Shown here piece by piece: positions 34,335 through 47,399 of a DNA stretch of 64,000 nucleotides. Under the pieces are notes generated by a model that did not search any database, was not told where the DNA came from, and was given only the letters and a program-made list of their open reading frames with translations. The translations under genes and the position numbers were made by a program. Location: the NCBI RefSeq assembly GCF_026571515.1, contig NW_026857808.1, forward strand, positions 1 to 64,000, given 5' to 3'. The stretch's first letter is position 1, and each line of letters begins with the position of its first letter. The stretch is from Ruditapes philippinarum (taxonomy: Eukaryota).

Positions 34335-35567
34335 AAGCCACCTATTTGTTTTTGTTTCCTAAAGACAAACCAATTCATGGTACAGACTTTCCCTCATAAG
34401 AAGCCACCTATTTCTTTTTGTTTCCTAAAGACAAACCAATTAATTCTAAAGACTTTCCCTCATAAGAAGCCACCTTTTTCTTTTTGTTTCCTAAAGACAA
34501 ACCAATTCATTGAAAAGACGTTCCCTCATAAGGAGCCACCTATTTCTTTTTGTTTCCTAAAGACAAACCAATTTATGGTACAGACTTTCCCTTACTAGAA
34601 GCCCCATATTCATTTTTGTTTCCTAAAGACAAACCAATTCATGGTAAGACATTCCCTCAGAAGGAGCCCCCTATTCCTTTTTGTTGACATACCCATTAAT
34701 GGTAAAGACTTTCCTCTCATAAGAAGCCACCTATTTCTTTATGTTTCCTAAAGACAAACCAATTCATGGTCATAAAAAACGCCTGTTTCTTTTTGTTTCC
34801 TAAAGACAAACAAAATCATGTTAAGACATTCCCTTATAAGAAGCTGTCTTTTCCTTTTTGTTTCCTAAAGATAAACCAGTTCATGATAAAGACATTCCCT
34901 TATAAGAGACACCTATTTCTTTTTGTTTCCTAAAGACAAACTAATTCATAGTAAAGACATTCCCTCATAAGAAGCCACATATTCTTTTTTGTTTTCTAAA
35001 GACAAACTAATTCATGGTAAAGACATTCCATCATAAGGAGCCACCTATTTCTTTTAGTTTTCTAAAGACAAACTAATTCATTGTAAAGACATCCCCTCAT
35101 AAGAAGCTGTCTATTCCTTATTGTTTCCTAAAGATAAACCAATTCATGGTAAAGACATTCCCTCATAAGGAGCCACCTAATCCTTTTTGTTTCCTAAAGA
35201 CAAACTAATTCATAGTAAAAACATTCCCTCATAAGGAGCCACCTAATCTTTTTAGTTTCCTAAAGACAAACTAATTCATAGTAAAAACATTCCCTCATAA
35301 GGAGCCACCTAATCTTTTTAGTTTCCTAAAGATAAACTTATTCATGGTTAAGACATTCCCTCATAAGGAGTCACCTAATCCTTTTTGTTTCCTAAAGACA
35401 AACTAATTCATAGTAAAAACATTCCCTCATAAGGAGCCACCTATTCCTTTTTGTTTCCTAAAGATAAACTTATTCATGGTTATGACATCCTCTCATAAGA
35501 ATTCACGTATTCCCTTTTGTTTCCCAAAGACACACCAATCAATTAATGGTAAAGACTTTCCTCTCAT
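34335..35567. repeat. 66-bp minisatellite, ~18-19 units
   Basis: Unit aagccacctatttctttttgtttcctaaagacaaaccaattcatggtaaagactttccctcataag starts at 34335, 34401, 34467 and onward, with a few truncated units. Confidence 0.95.
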
Positions 35568-36344
35568 TACATACACAAAGAAAGCTGAAAACAGTGGGTT
35601 ATCTCTCAATTCATTTTGGGTATAAAATCACATGTACATTAACTGCAACTGTGCAAAACATGATAAAGTGTTAATTAGTTCAGCATATTGTTACCTTTTG
35701 ATTGGCTTGTTTCTGTAAGAGAGCAATAATTCGAACCTAATTTTATGATTTTTCTTTGAATATCAGAAATCAGCAGAAAGTAAAATAATAGCAACAACTG
35801 ATTCCCTCCATTAATGCATTAATTACTTGTAAGTGTTACAATATCATTTATTAATGGAACAATGTTTCTTTTATCACACTGCCTGGAATCTATCTACCAG
35901 TTCATTGCAATAAGGTCATAACTCTTTGTTCTCTATAATATTATTGCATACAGAGATATGCCAGTCTTGCATTTAACTTTCTACAAAAATCTGTTAGCAG
36001 GCTGGTTCCATCATGCAATATAATATTTCACAGAAGTATTTTCATTTATTGCTATAACTGTTGCACTGTATCACAGTATCACAAAATAAACAATAATAAG
36101 GATTGGAAGGTAAAAATTATGTTGGTTTTGTCATAACATGGCTCATGTATTCAATTTATGGAAAAAATGTCATATGCTGAGATCTTATTGCACATAGAAC
36201 TATCCTCAACCAGTTTCCATATTAAACTTTTCTAATATGTCATGAATCTTAATATAAATTGGTTCCTCAAAGTGACAGAATTTTGTCCTTTTAAAAAATT
36301 TTGGTAAATTCACTTCAATTTAGACATCTATATGCAGCATTTGT

Positions 36345-36418
36345 CGTCACTTTAGTGTAGTAATGGATTAACTCATACAAAATTTCAATAAAAGTCAACC
36401 CATTACTGCACTAATGTG
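36345..36418. repeat. ~75-bp palindromic mini-element (second copy at 47320-47399)
   Basis: ttagtgtagtaatggattaact-(spacer)-agtcaacccattactgcactaa; the same arms occur at 47327-47389. Confidence 0.7.
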
Positions 36419-36827
36419 AGGAATTAAGTTATTCTTTTTTTAAAATTGTGCTTGACATCTTTTCTATGATAATTTATACAGGCTTCATAACCTCTGAATT
36501 CCCCTGCCAAAATTCCATTTAATTTTGTAACACTACTTGTTTCCTCCTTTGGGGCACTGACATTCCCTTACTTGGGGACATTAAGCCACTTTTCACAGAA
36601 TGGTACAAACATGTCATATGGTTCCATGATAGATCTGCCGATTTTTTTTAAGTAATCATTTTGCCATTTTCATGTTTATATGTTGAATTTTTCTTAAGCC
36701 TGTGCTTTGGAAACACAGGATATCTTAGTATGAATTGGAAAAAAAAATCATCATTTAAAATAGCAACCGAACAACTTTAAAAATATTGATACCATACAAA
36801 TAATCAAGAAAAGATTCAGCATCATAC

Positions 36828-37041
36828 CTGGCTTTTTGTATCTCTTCTTGTGCTGTAAGTTTTTGCTCTTCTTCTTCCTCATCCACCTCATCATGTCTCT
36901 GTCGCCTTGACTTCAACACCTCAGCTAATTCTGGATCTACGATAACGCCACTCTGCTTCAATGAAGGTGTCCTCTTCAAAATACCCTTTGGTCTCTCTGA
37001 CTCTGTACGACCAACTGATTCCGTCCTTGTCAGTCCTGAGC
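36828..37041 (-). CDS. Coding exon of the host gene: (G)SGLTRTESVGRTESERPKGILKRTPSLKQSGVIVDPELAEVLKSRRQRHDEVDEEEEEQKLTAQEEIQKA(R)
   Basis: atttAG| acceptor and CAG|GTATG donor, 214 nt, phase 1-2, compatible with both neighbouring exons. Confidence 0.85.
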
Positions 37042-37392
37042 CTAAATCATAGAATATCTGGTTTGTTTAAAGAAGTATGGGCTTTTAACCAATTTGATGA
37101 TAACAAAGTTGTCCACAATGATAATAACTAGTGTAAGAAAAAACTTTAATAGAATATTTTAAATGATCATAATCTAATAATTATATTTTTCAAATTGTCT
37201 GCATTGTTTGTTATTTCGTCAGTACTTATTTCTAAAATTTCCCATTTAATTGATGACAGATTTTTTCCAGATTGAAAGAAGAACAGGTCCATTAAACATA
37301 TCTAGCGGGAAAAACATTGATAAAGAAATTTGATGTAGTAATAACAATTATCAAACAAGACTGACAGGAATAAGTACAGAGTAAAAACAAAC

Positions 37393-38758
37393 CAGAGGCA
37401 TTCAATGGTGTTGTCACTTTCATAGGTCCAGATCTTTTAGGACTTTGCCTTTCTGGAGTTCTTTCTTTTGTTGAGATCTTCCTCATTATCTCACTCTTGC
37501 TTGTAATGTTAATACTGCCTTGGGATGGGGAGGTTGGTGAAGAAGGCCTCTGAACAGTTTCAGCTTTAGTTTCAATTGCTGTACTTCTGGCAAATTTTTG
37601 TTCTTCTGCCTCAATTCTGGTATGAATAGATTTCATTTTAGCTTCTGACTGACTGTTACTATCACTTTCTACTGATTTAATAAATGTGGCAACTTGGGTC
37701 GGAGAAGTGACTTTTAAATGTGATAGATCTGAACTGAATTTATCACTGGAATGTTTTGTATCATCTAAATCATCAGTAACAGATTTAAGAACGTCTAAAC
37801 TTGTGTCTATTGAAGCGAGATCTAAATGAGGGACATCAGATTTTAATTTGGCACTTTCTGATTTATCACTGTTAGAGGCAGGGAGAGAACTTTTCTCCTT
37901 TCCTGTTGTAGTTAAATTGACTGTAAGTTTACTTTCTACAGAAGACTGAGATTGCAACCTCCCTCTTTCTTTACCACTTTCCAAAGACGAATGAGGTGAT
38001 AGAGAAAACAGCTGAGTTCTTGTGTCAGATTTAAAGGCACTTTCAACATTAGAAGTTAATTTTTGAGACTTATTATCACTCTCTGAGACAGATGAAGCTT
38101 CTATAGAAGAATCAGTTTCTTTCCTTCTGGATTTTAACATTTTAAGAACTTCAGAATCTGCTATAACTTCATCATCCACAGCTGCATAATGCCTGTCAGA
38201 TTTCTCAACCCTACCATCATGAATCCTTTGCCTTTCTAAACCTTCTCCATCTTCTTGTTGCTTTGCAACAATTTCATTTCTTTTGCTTAAAACTTTAGCA
38301 AGTTCAGGCGAAGGTTGATCAGATTGTTCATTTGGAGTACTTGGCAGTCTTCTCCTGTTATCAGGCTCTGGACTGAACTTTCGCTTCATAAAATCCGATT
38401 TAAAACTTGATGAACGCTGAACTGAACTGACCGACTCTTTCTCCATGACTGGAGATTCTTTATTACGTAGTTTTAAGCTCTGAGTGCGTTCTGGAGTTCT
38501 TCTAGTCTCATCACTACTACCACTACTCACTGCACATGCTTGTTGGCGTTTTAAGAATATTTTATTCCTCCTTGGAGATTCAGAGTCGGATCTTTCGGAA
38601 CTTGAAGCTTCGGAACCAGAAAATTTTTGTAAAAGTTGGGAGAAATTATTCCCTCTGCGTATTCGCTTTGGAGAATGACTTTCCTCTGTTTTCTTAGACG
38701 AACCTTCTTGGGAAGTTTTGTCAGAAGATTCCGTCAGTTTGGATATGGCAGCAGAGAC
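37393..38758 (-). CDS. Large coding exon (1366 nt) of the host gene, Ser/Lys/Glu-rich disordered region (supervillin-like N-terminus?)
   Basis: Core of the 506-aa ORF 37292-38812. tttcAG|GTC acceptor and CTG|GTTTG donor, phase 0-1. Supervillin is suggested by composition, the GILK and SVAERI motifs and gene size, but no gelsolin or headpiece domain is in the window. Confidence 0.85.
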
Positions 38759-39552
38759 CTGAAAATTGTGGGGGAAAAAACAGTAGTGTTTACCCTTCAA
38801 ATATAATATCATATTATTACATTTAAAAGATTACATACAAATATGTAAGGAATTGTTCTGTTTAATATTCATTATGGCAAATGTTAAGTTGATGGAAATG
38901 GAAAAAGCATTAAAAATAAATCAGAGCAGATGTGTTATTAAAGATTTACTTATAAATTCTAAAGGTTTTCAATGAAAGACATACAAACATTATATAAAAT
39001 GTTACGTAGCTACTTTAAAATAAAATTTTGATATTTCATGAGTGATAAAACATACTTTTTATGTACAACCTGATTTCACAATTTATTACATGTATTTGAT
39101 GATCATCTTAACACAAAAAACACTGAGTTTTGAAATCTTCTGACAACAGTTTCAGCAACAAAAGAAGTTAAGGAATCTCTTTATGTATTAATTAAAACAT
39201 AAATATGAATACTAAAAGTATAAAATTTCTGGTAAAAAAAAATCCTGATCCTGTAAAACCGGAATAACTACAAAGTCATGGTAAAAACTGTTATAAAAAT
39301 ATAAAATTTCGGGTAAAAAAAAAAGTCCTGATTTTGTGATATCAGAATAATTGCATGGTAAAAGCTGTTACAACAGGCAAGTACTCTAATCTTACTGATA
39401 TGTTCATTTCTTGTCACAGCTGATCCCTATTATAACATGTGTTACAGATGTTTGTTATTGTTATTATTTTGATATTTTGTGAAATTCTAGCCTATTGATT
39501 ATCCTGTACCATTTACAAGGCTTGTAGATTATGTAAAATGCTTTAAAACTTT

Positions 39553-40367
39553 TAAGAAGTGCATATAACTAAATTCATGACTACAGAAAGCGCTTATAAT
39601 TATATTCAGGACATCAGAAAGTGCTTTTAATTGAATTCAGAACTTCAACAAGAAACATGGCAATGCCATGAAACCAGGTTTTCAATTATCACCATTGTAG
39701 ATAAATATGTTGAAGTTGAAATACAAATACAAGCAACAAACAATGTAACTATGTGCAATGTAAATCATGAATAATGTAGGAGGAATTGCACACAAAAGAA
39801 GTGTTCACTATATGTTCTGTATATGGGAAAAAAACAAAGGGCCATAATTAGGTCAAAAATTATCCAATCACAAAACTCCGACACTATGTGCCAGGGACTT
39901 GATGACAAAGTTTTTGTGAAAGTTAGAACAAAATCCGTTGAGAAATGTAGCAGTTGAGCATAGAAGAAATTGTTCATTATATATTCTGTATAAGGAAAAA
40001 AAACAAAGGGCCATAATTAGGTCAAATATTATCCAATCATAAAACCCCAACAATATGCACCAGGGCACTTGAAGACAAAGCTTCTGTGAAAGTTTCATCA
40101 AAATCCATTGAGAAATGTAGGAGGAGTTGCGCACAGAAGAAATTGTTTACGTACGCCCATCCGCCCGCCCGCCCGCCCGCTGACATACCTCAATCTAATA
40201 ACCAGTTTTTCCTTCGGAAAATCTGGTTAAAAAGTGCTTATAATTACATTCAGAACTTCATAATATGCTTATAATTAAATTCGAGACTTAAGAAAGTGCT
40301 TATAATTAAATTCAGGACTTCAGAAAGTGCTTATAATTAAATTCAGGACTTCAGAATATGCTTAAAT
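39553..40367. repeat. 31-bp minisatellite (~8 units) split by a HINE insertion
   Basis: cagaaagtgcttataattaaattcaggactt units at ~39553-39648 resume in register at ~40231-40367. Confidence 0.85.
39649..40230. mobile_element. HINE/pearl-like element (fourth family) with ~2.5 x ~170-bp repeats
   Basis: 5' CAAGAAACATGGCAATGCCATG palindrome, subterminal IR AACCAGGTTTTC / GAAAATCTGGTT, (CGCC)n microsatellite and 3' hairpin AACCAGTTTTTCCttcGGAAAATCTGGTT. Confidence 0.83.
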
Positions 40368-40539
40368 TATTATTAGTATATAAAGAAATGGAAGTTTGTT
40401 AAATTAAATTCAAAATATCAGAACTCAACAAAATTGAGCAAAATCGGAATAATTGAAAGAGAATTCTTATTTCAATTTTTAAAATTAAATCTGAAAAATC
40501 TACACAAATTTGGTAAATCAGGTTCAATTTCAAACTTAC

Positions 40540-40752
40540 TTTCGAAGGCAAAGCAAATCTTGATGGGAGAACAGAATTACTATCTAAAACAGACTTGTTT
40601 GCAAATCGAGGTGATTCAATGTTATTCAGATGCTTATGATCAGTGTTAATAGCATGCTTGTCTGTGGACTGGTTCCCATATGAGGATAAATGACTGGTTC
40701 CTGGTTTAGTTAATGAAATTTCAAGGTCATGTCTCTTCAAGGCTTCAAAAAC
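40540..40752 (-). CDS. Probable coding exon of the host gene (VFEALKRHDLEISL..SRFALPSK); symmetric and possibly alternatively spliced
   Basis: cacAG|GTT acceptor and AAA|GTAAGT donor, 213 nt, phase 0-0, open frame. Confidence 0.7.
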
Positions 40753-41497
40753 CTGTGATGTTAGAAAATAAAAATGCAACAAACGAAATGAAATTAAAAT
40801 GTAAACAAACATTCATGTGTTCATATGAAGCCGTATCAAGTCAAAATTAGCCTCCAAAAATATATGAGGTCTCTCCAGCTGTACTGGTGTTGGAAGAACT
40901 TGAAATTTAAAAATATCAAACCGATAGCAATGAGAAATTATAGCCTTTACAATTTGGGCCACATGGGCTCACCCAAATTGATTTTCTAACAGAAGAATTT
41001 CTACATATAGATATGGCTTCATATGAATATAACACACAAAATATAACTAGGTGCATGGAAACGTAAAACACAAGCAATATTACAACAGTTAAAAACATAG
41101 TAACATGACATCTAAATACTTTATCTAGCAAAATGCACAACTATAATTGACACTCATAATACATTGTACTTGAATAAATAAATTCAATCTAAAACCCATA
41201 TCACAGATAAAATTCAATTATGCATAGCTAATCTTTCTCTTTATAAAATGAGGATTTTTTTCACCAGGAAAAACACATTCAATTTTCTTACAATCACTTT
41301 CAATTGACTGTATTTTAGAGATTACTTAAATGGGATGTGACACTTAGATAACATATAATTTAAGTACAAGTTACCTAGCAAAAACATTTAGCGCAACAAA
41401 AATTAACTCAAAACATGTCAGCAACTAAAAAATCAGGCAGTGTGATAATTTTTTTTCAAATCAAGGGAGTTAATCACTTCAAACACATTGTATATAC

Positions 41498-41634
41498 CTC
41501 CTGCTGCTCTCCCTTGTATTTATCTTCCCTTGACTCTCTGGAGAGCCTAGATGACGAGACACGTCGTACACCAACTCTCGACGCCTTAGAACTGTCGTCA
41601 GAGCTATCAAAACGTCTTCCAGACGATGCTGCAT
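41498..41634 (-). CDS. Coding exon of the host gene (xAASSGRRFDSSDDSSKASRVGVRRVSSSRLSRESREDKYKGEQQE)
   Basis: ttatttctAG| acceptor and GAG|GTATA donor, 137 nt, phase 1-0, GC-rich open frame. Confidence 0.8.
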
Positions 41635-42084
41635 CTAGAAATAAAATTATAAATTGTTAGCAACTATATAATCATTTATAAGCATTTACTGTGGTATCTG
41701 CCAATTAAAAAAAAATTCTACAACTCTATTGAAAGCATGTATACATCAAAAACATTTTAACCCTTATTTTTACCCTTATTTTACCCTATTTTAACCATAA
41801 TTATACTACCAATGTTAATTGGGAAACTACCATATCTATCCTAAAACCTCTCTATCTTATCCTATTTTAAATAATTATATTATTCCTGATTGTAAAACAA
41901 TATGTTTTGTTATCTCAATGCAATAAAAAAGGTACATTAAACATGTGTTCTTTAATTTAAATATGACATGCTGTTTATTATTTTTATCTTTTCAACCAAA
42001 ATTTCAACATCTGAAACTTGTGACCATGGAAAAATGATGAGAATCATTTCATGGCAAGAGAGCTTATCAATCTACCTTATACAC

Positions 42085-43027
42085 CATACATGTGATATCC
42101 CGACGGGATTTTAAAAAATCCCGATATTGAGACCCTAATCCCGATTCCCGATATCAGCTTATGAAATCCCGATATTTGTCTCTCACAAAAAAAAAAAAAA
42201 AAAATCGTCGGTAAAATTCCATATCTCGCACCTTACGGTAAAGTCAAAGTGTGCCGATTATCTCGGACGTAAGTGTCCAAGTGTGCCGAATGAGAGGATT
42301 AACGAGTGACACTTTATGATATTGTTTATTGGATAATTGGATAATTGATTGTTTGTTTGGATAATAATTATTGAAATCACACGTTAAGTGTGTCTTTGAA
42401 TAGCCATCTGACTGCAATTAGCGGATTTGTTTAATACGCGGCGGTATTTTGTGATGTCCAAAAGATGTTTATGTCCGGATAATAGGACACTGTCAGAGAA
42501 AAACTATTCGTCTTTTGATCTACTTTAATTATTTTAGCATGTTTTGTATAATTATTTTACGATGGAGAATAATATGATTTGTCAAGCCCTTTCCTGGCAT
42601 ATTTTTGAAAAGTCACTAAAAGTCACTCATGACTGCTGTTAAAAATGCATGCCAACTGTATAAAGATAAGTGATGTGATGACATTAGAGAAGTGATGTGA
42701 TGACAATGATTGATAAAGGAATGTGATTGTTCCAGAAAGAACTAATGTGACATTGATATTGAAATGTGACTAGAAATTAGATATAGGACATGTAATAGTA
42801 TTAAGTTTTTGTTTTGTTAAATGTGCTTGATTAGATCATGAATAAAATAATAGAAACTTTGCTTTTTACTTTCTGTCATTGTTATTATAAAATGGTCTTT
42901 GTGTAAAAGGTTTCTACCAAATTTGCTTAACGCGCATTGAAATTTAAGTCGATAAAAAAATCCAGTTTTGAGCCCCAAAATCCAGCTGAAAATCCAGTTT
43001 TGGCCCGTTTCAGTTGTCACATGTATG
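42085..43027. mobile_element. MITE with an 11-bp TIR and 7-bp TSD (P-element/hAT-like)
   Basis: TATACAC|CATACATGTGA ... TCACATGTATG|TATACAC. Subterminal TCCCGA repeats on the left and ATCCAG repeats on the right. Confidence 0.82.
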
Positions 43028-44052
43028 TATACACATTTCAGTCATACCTATTTTTTTTTCATCCTAATTATTTTCTCCCCTACAGCAAACTAATTGTCTT
43101 TGATTTCCCTTGTAGACCTATTATTCATATTTATATGGTCAAACGACATACAATGGAAATTAAAGTCAAGACCTAAAAAGAAGCACAATTATTGGTCAGT
43201 TCAAACACTGATCCACCAATCAGGGACAATAGTCTAAACCTGCATGGTTGCCATTTTAAAGGTTTTATGACATTTTGAGTTCTGATGTCATAAAATGCAT
43301 GACATCATAATAAGTTCCAGACTAAAGAAAATTTTTTCTACAAGCAAGGACTATGCATTTTTTCGGAATAAATCGATAAGTTTTTATAACAGCATGTAAG
43401 TCCTTCATCTAAAAGCAAGAATTAGATACCGGTAATGGACTTATTAAGTCAAGAATTACAATTGAAAATATTCAACAATCATAAATTTCTGTAACATAGC
43501 AACCAATTTTATTGTCACTATGCAATGATAACATCTCTATGGCAGTTTTAAAACAAAATTCAATTGTTACCTCAGAGAGAAGCAATTCTCGAAAATCAAT
43601 GGACTGCACCATCTACCTTATTCTTTATGGAATAATGTATAGAATTTTCTATCTGAATCAATAGAAACCTGGCATAAACTGTTCTAAAGTAAATATCAAC
43701 AATAAAAACAGTCTCGATTCCCAGGTTTTTATAGTTATGGATACATTTTTACTTAATTGTTTATATATAAATTTTTATCATCTAGGATATGGGCAACAAA
43801 TGAAAAGTTTTGGGTCCAGATAAATAAGAATCTGCATACAGAAGACCTTATTATAATGTACATCCTTCTTAATACCAGATATCACTGAGTATTAAATGAA
43901 TTCAAAACCTGATAATTTTGTAGCAATTATACATATATATCAATCTATTCATTTGTTGAATGTAGTATTATTTTAACAGTATTTAAGTCATATACCAAAG
44001 ATTAAAGGCCAAAATGGCATTTCAGACAAATAGTTAAGCTTTGTATGTCTTT

Positions 44053-44310
44053 AAATCACAAATTAAATCTGAACCCTTGACACAAAATCACAAATTCGAG
44101 CCCAGGAAGTGAAATCACAAATTTGAGCCTAGAATGTGAAACAAATCTGAGTCTGAGATTTGAAAATAAAAGACTGCTCATCACAAATATGAGCCCAGGA
44201 ATATGAGAGTCTCGAATTTGAGCCTGACATGTGAAATCTAAAATCTGAACCTTGGACGTGCAATATAAATATATGAGCCCAGAAATTGAAGCTAACAAAT
44301 CTTGGCATAT
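44053..44310. repeat. Degenerate ~27-bp tandem repeat (~9 units)
   Basis: Recurrent gaaatcacaaat(t/c/a)tgagcc(c/t)ag motif. Confidence 0.6.
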
Positions 44311-44871
44311 GAATCTACATTATCAAAATTTTAGAATGTAAAGTTAAATATTATTTACTTTTAGACATATACTCACACATTACAATGCAAAATAACTAGG
44401 AAAATATCAATCTTGTTATAACAATATTGGTGCAGAATCATCATTAAGTTATGACACACTCCGGATAAAATGTCTGTATCTAAGGAAACCAATGCAATAA
44501 TTATCAAAGGCTAATAGTAAAATCTTGCCAGAAAATCTATTTATCAGATCTGCTCAGTGTCTCATCGAAAGGGAAAAAAAGTTATTAATTGTGCACGTTT
44601 CTGCACTGCGTAAGATAACATCTTGTAAATCAGCCTTTTACATTAAGACGTTTAAATGTGCACCTTGAATATGGTGTAATTTCCTTGTTAAAGTGTCCGG
44701 GGTTTTTTTTTGTTTGACAATTGATTGCTCATTGCACTAGACGAGTACAAATTTGTTCAACACCCATATGATGAATAATATGTTACGATCGAAAGAGAAT
44801 ACATTGCAACACCTAGGACTTGTTTTTTGCATTTATTGTGTACACATTCAGGGACGGTTTGTTGGTTTAAA

Positions 44872-45054
44872 CATATTTTATTTAAGCTTGATTGCAAAAC
44901 AAGTTCTTGCAACTTATATCAATCACTTTCGAGTCTGCTAAAATCCTGGAGCAACTAGTACTTGGTGTCGTATGAAGAAACATGGCTGTGACGCAAGTAG
45001 GGCTCAAACCCATTATCTCTGGCTTGAGACGCGGACCACTAGGCCACGGCTTCC
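44872..45054 (-). mobile_element. Degenerate tRNA-derived SINE, family B (resembles V-domain/RUDI-type bivalve SINEs)
   Basis: Minus strand: GGAAGCCGTGGCCTAGTGG A-box, GGGTTTGAGCCC B-box-like, and core TCATACGACACCAAGTACTAG..CCAGG..GACTCGAAAGTGATT. Confidence 0.6.
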
Positions 45055-47319
45055 ATGGGTTGTTGAAATATCAAAGGCAGACCACTTTAAGAATAAATCA
45101 CCATCAAAAACGTAAACTTTCACCACAAACTATCATAATTGTTAAGGCATTAAAACCTAGAACTAATTATGCCATCACAAGAAAACTGGTATTAATATAA
45201 TAGCAATATAACAATATAAGACTTAATTAAATTACAAAATAAAGATCATAAAATTTTCATTGTCTAGGAATGATTTAAGTGAAAATTGCTGGCCAATGAA
45301 TGTGTTATTCAAAGCCTGATGGCCCTTAAAAGTCAACCTGAATAATGCTTTTATATCATAACCGGACATAAATTTTCCTACATTTTTTAAATCTATAAAA
45401 AGTACATAATAAAAGGAGGCCTAAGGCCTCATAGTAGAGATATTGTGAAATGTTATGTTTTGTCGGGAATCCTGAGGGGGTGGGGGGGGGGGGAATCCAA
45501 GATTCCAATTTTCGAGTAGATATATCATAAGATTACAATATTAATACATTTACAACCTGACATTTTAACCCTTTAGCCTGATAGCAGCAACTGGCTGTAC
45601 CAATGTGACCAGTTACAGACCAAGATCAGTGGACAGGCATAATTGTCAGTGCCATCTGATCATGGTCTGCACTGGGTTCTTTCTCAGGTCAGCACATATT
45701 TCGAAATTGTCTTTAATAATGAATGGTTTTGTCAAGATTTAAACATATGGAGGAGTCCTGAATTAACTCCTCCAATTAATTAAGGTAACTATTTAGTATG
45801 GTATGGATTAAAAATCAATAATGTATGCTCTAAAATAATGAATGATAACAATTTAACTTTGCTATAATCTTAAATTATAATCAGATTAAAACCAAAAATA
45901 AACCTTGAATTTTTTCCATACAACATCATTGAACAAAATTTAAAGCATTTAAGTCTTTTTTCAACATACTGCTATAAATTAACAATTGTTCATTAATTAA
46001 TTCTATATAAAAAAATTTCAAACACTTACTTGACATGAAGACTAAAATGATGAAACAATATTATCAATTTCTGAATCAGTTATAGTCCAATGATGTCACT
46101 GAATAATTCAAAACATTACTTAATTTTCAAAATCACTAGTCTTATCCATGCAGTAAAATCACCCTCTCAAAATATCCATCAACATTCTATACACATAATG
46201 TAAAGAGACAACAATGTCTTAAAATGTTTCAGAGCCCCTAAAAATTAGCCTACAACATGACCACAACAACACAAAAGGACCAGTCACCAGTATGTGAGAT
46301 CAAAACTGAAAATAGAACTGACTCATCTCATGGTATTAGACTCCCAATATCATGTACACAGAATCTTTACTGAAAGTCCCCCACACTCACATTATCGGTT
46401 ATTCCTTATATCTGCGACAAATTTTATGCAAAGGAAAATGGTTGTGAAATGATTTCCAATAGTTCGCCTTCACACAGCTGCTGCACATTGTGTCAGTGTG
46501 TCTGTCAGTCACATTAGTGAAAAGTGAGTCTGTCTGTCACAAAAGTTGAGAAGTTCACAGGAGTGGAAAAGGTCTGTATAGGAAATCTACTCCATCTCAT
46601 TAAATCTTAAGATGCCTTTGTATCTTTTTAATCCGTTGTAAGTTAATTATAGTGAAATTCCCCTTTTATTTCAATAGAAATTCCCTGCAATTTCTATAGA
46701 AAAACCCTATAACTAACTAAAGAAATTCCAAATAAGTTCTGTACCTATATAATTACTAAAGGCTATGGAAAGCCTAATGCTTGAAACTGATCTTTATATC
46801 TATACTTCTGTAATTATATCTAGGAACAATATGGTAAAATATTACAAAATTTCTTCATATTTGCAAATTACTAATGTTTTTGTTTTACAGAACTTACCAC
46901 AAGAAGTATTGGAAATTTAAACAACCACTATTAATATCTCATTGATAAATTGTACATGATTTTCCAAATAAGAAGTACAATACTTCAATTCTCTAGTCAT
47001 TATAAACTATGTTTTATAATTAATAGCTATATCATAAAGTTCCTATACATCATAAAATATAATATATAAGTTAGTGCTTACTTACATATTGTAAAAAATA
47101 TCAAAATTGTAAACAAACAAATTTCTAACCAATAATCACTTAAAAATACAACATAATAAAGAAATAGCTTTCACAACATTGATCATGGCTATAAAATATA
47201 TATAAAACACATTATCTTAAATTAACATATAAATTATGTATTTTAAGGTAACAAGACATGGTTCATCAGGTCTACCATATTTCACATCATTAATATTAAA
47301 TGACTTTTTTAAATCATAT

Positions 47320-47399
47320 TGTCACCTTAGAGCAGTAACGAATTAACTCCTTTTAAATTTCAATAGGAGTTAATCCGTTACTGCACTAAGATGATGACA
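47320..47399. repeat. ~75-bp palindromic mini-element
   Basis: cttagagcagtaacgaattaactcct-(14 nt)-aggagttaatccgttactgcactaag. Confidence 0.8.

Noticed and set aside
34335-35567. CRISPR array or coding repeat (ORF 34377-34598)
   Set aside because: Units are contiguous without unique spacers, and frames are broken by stops and indels despite the 66-bp period.
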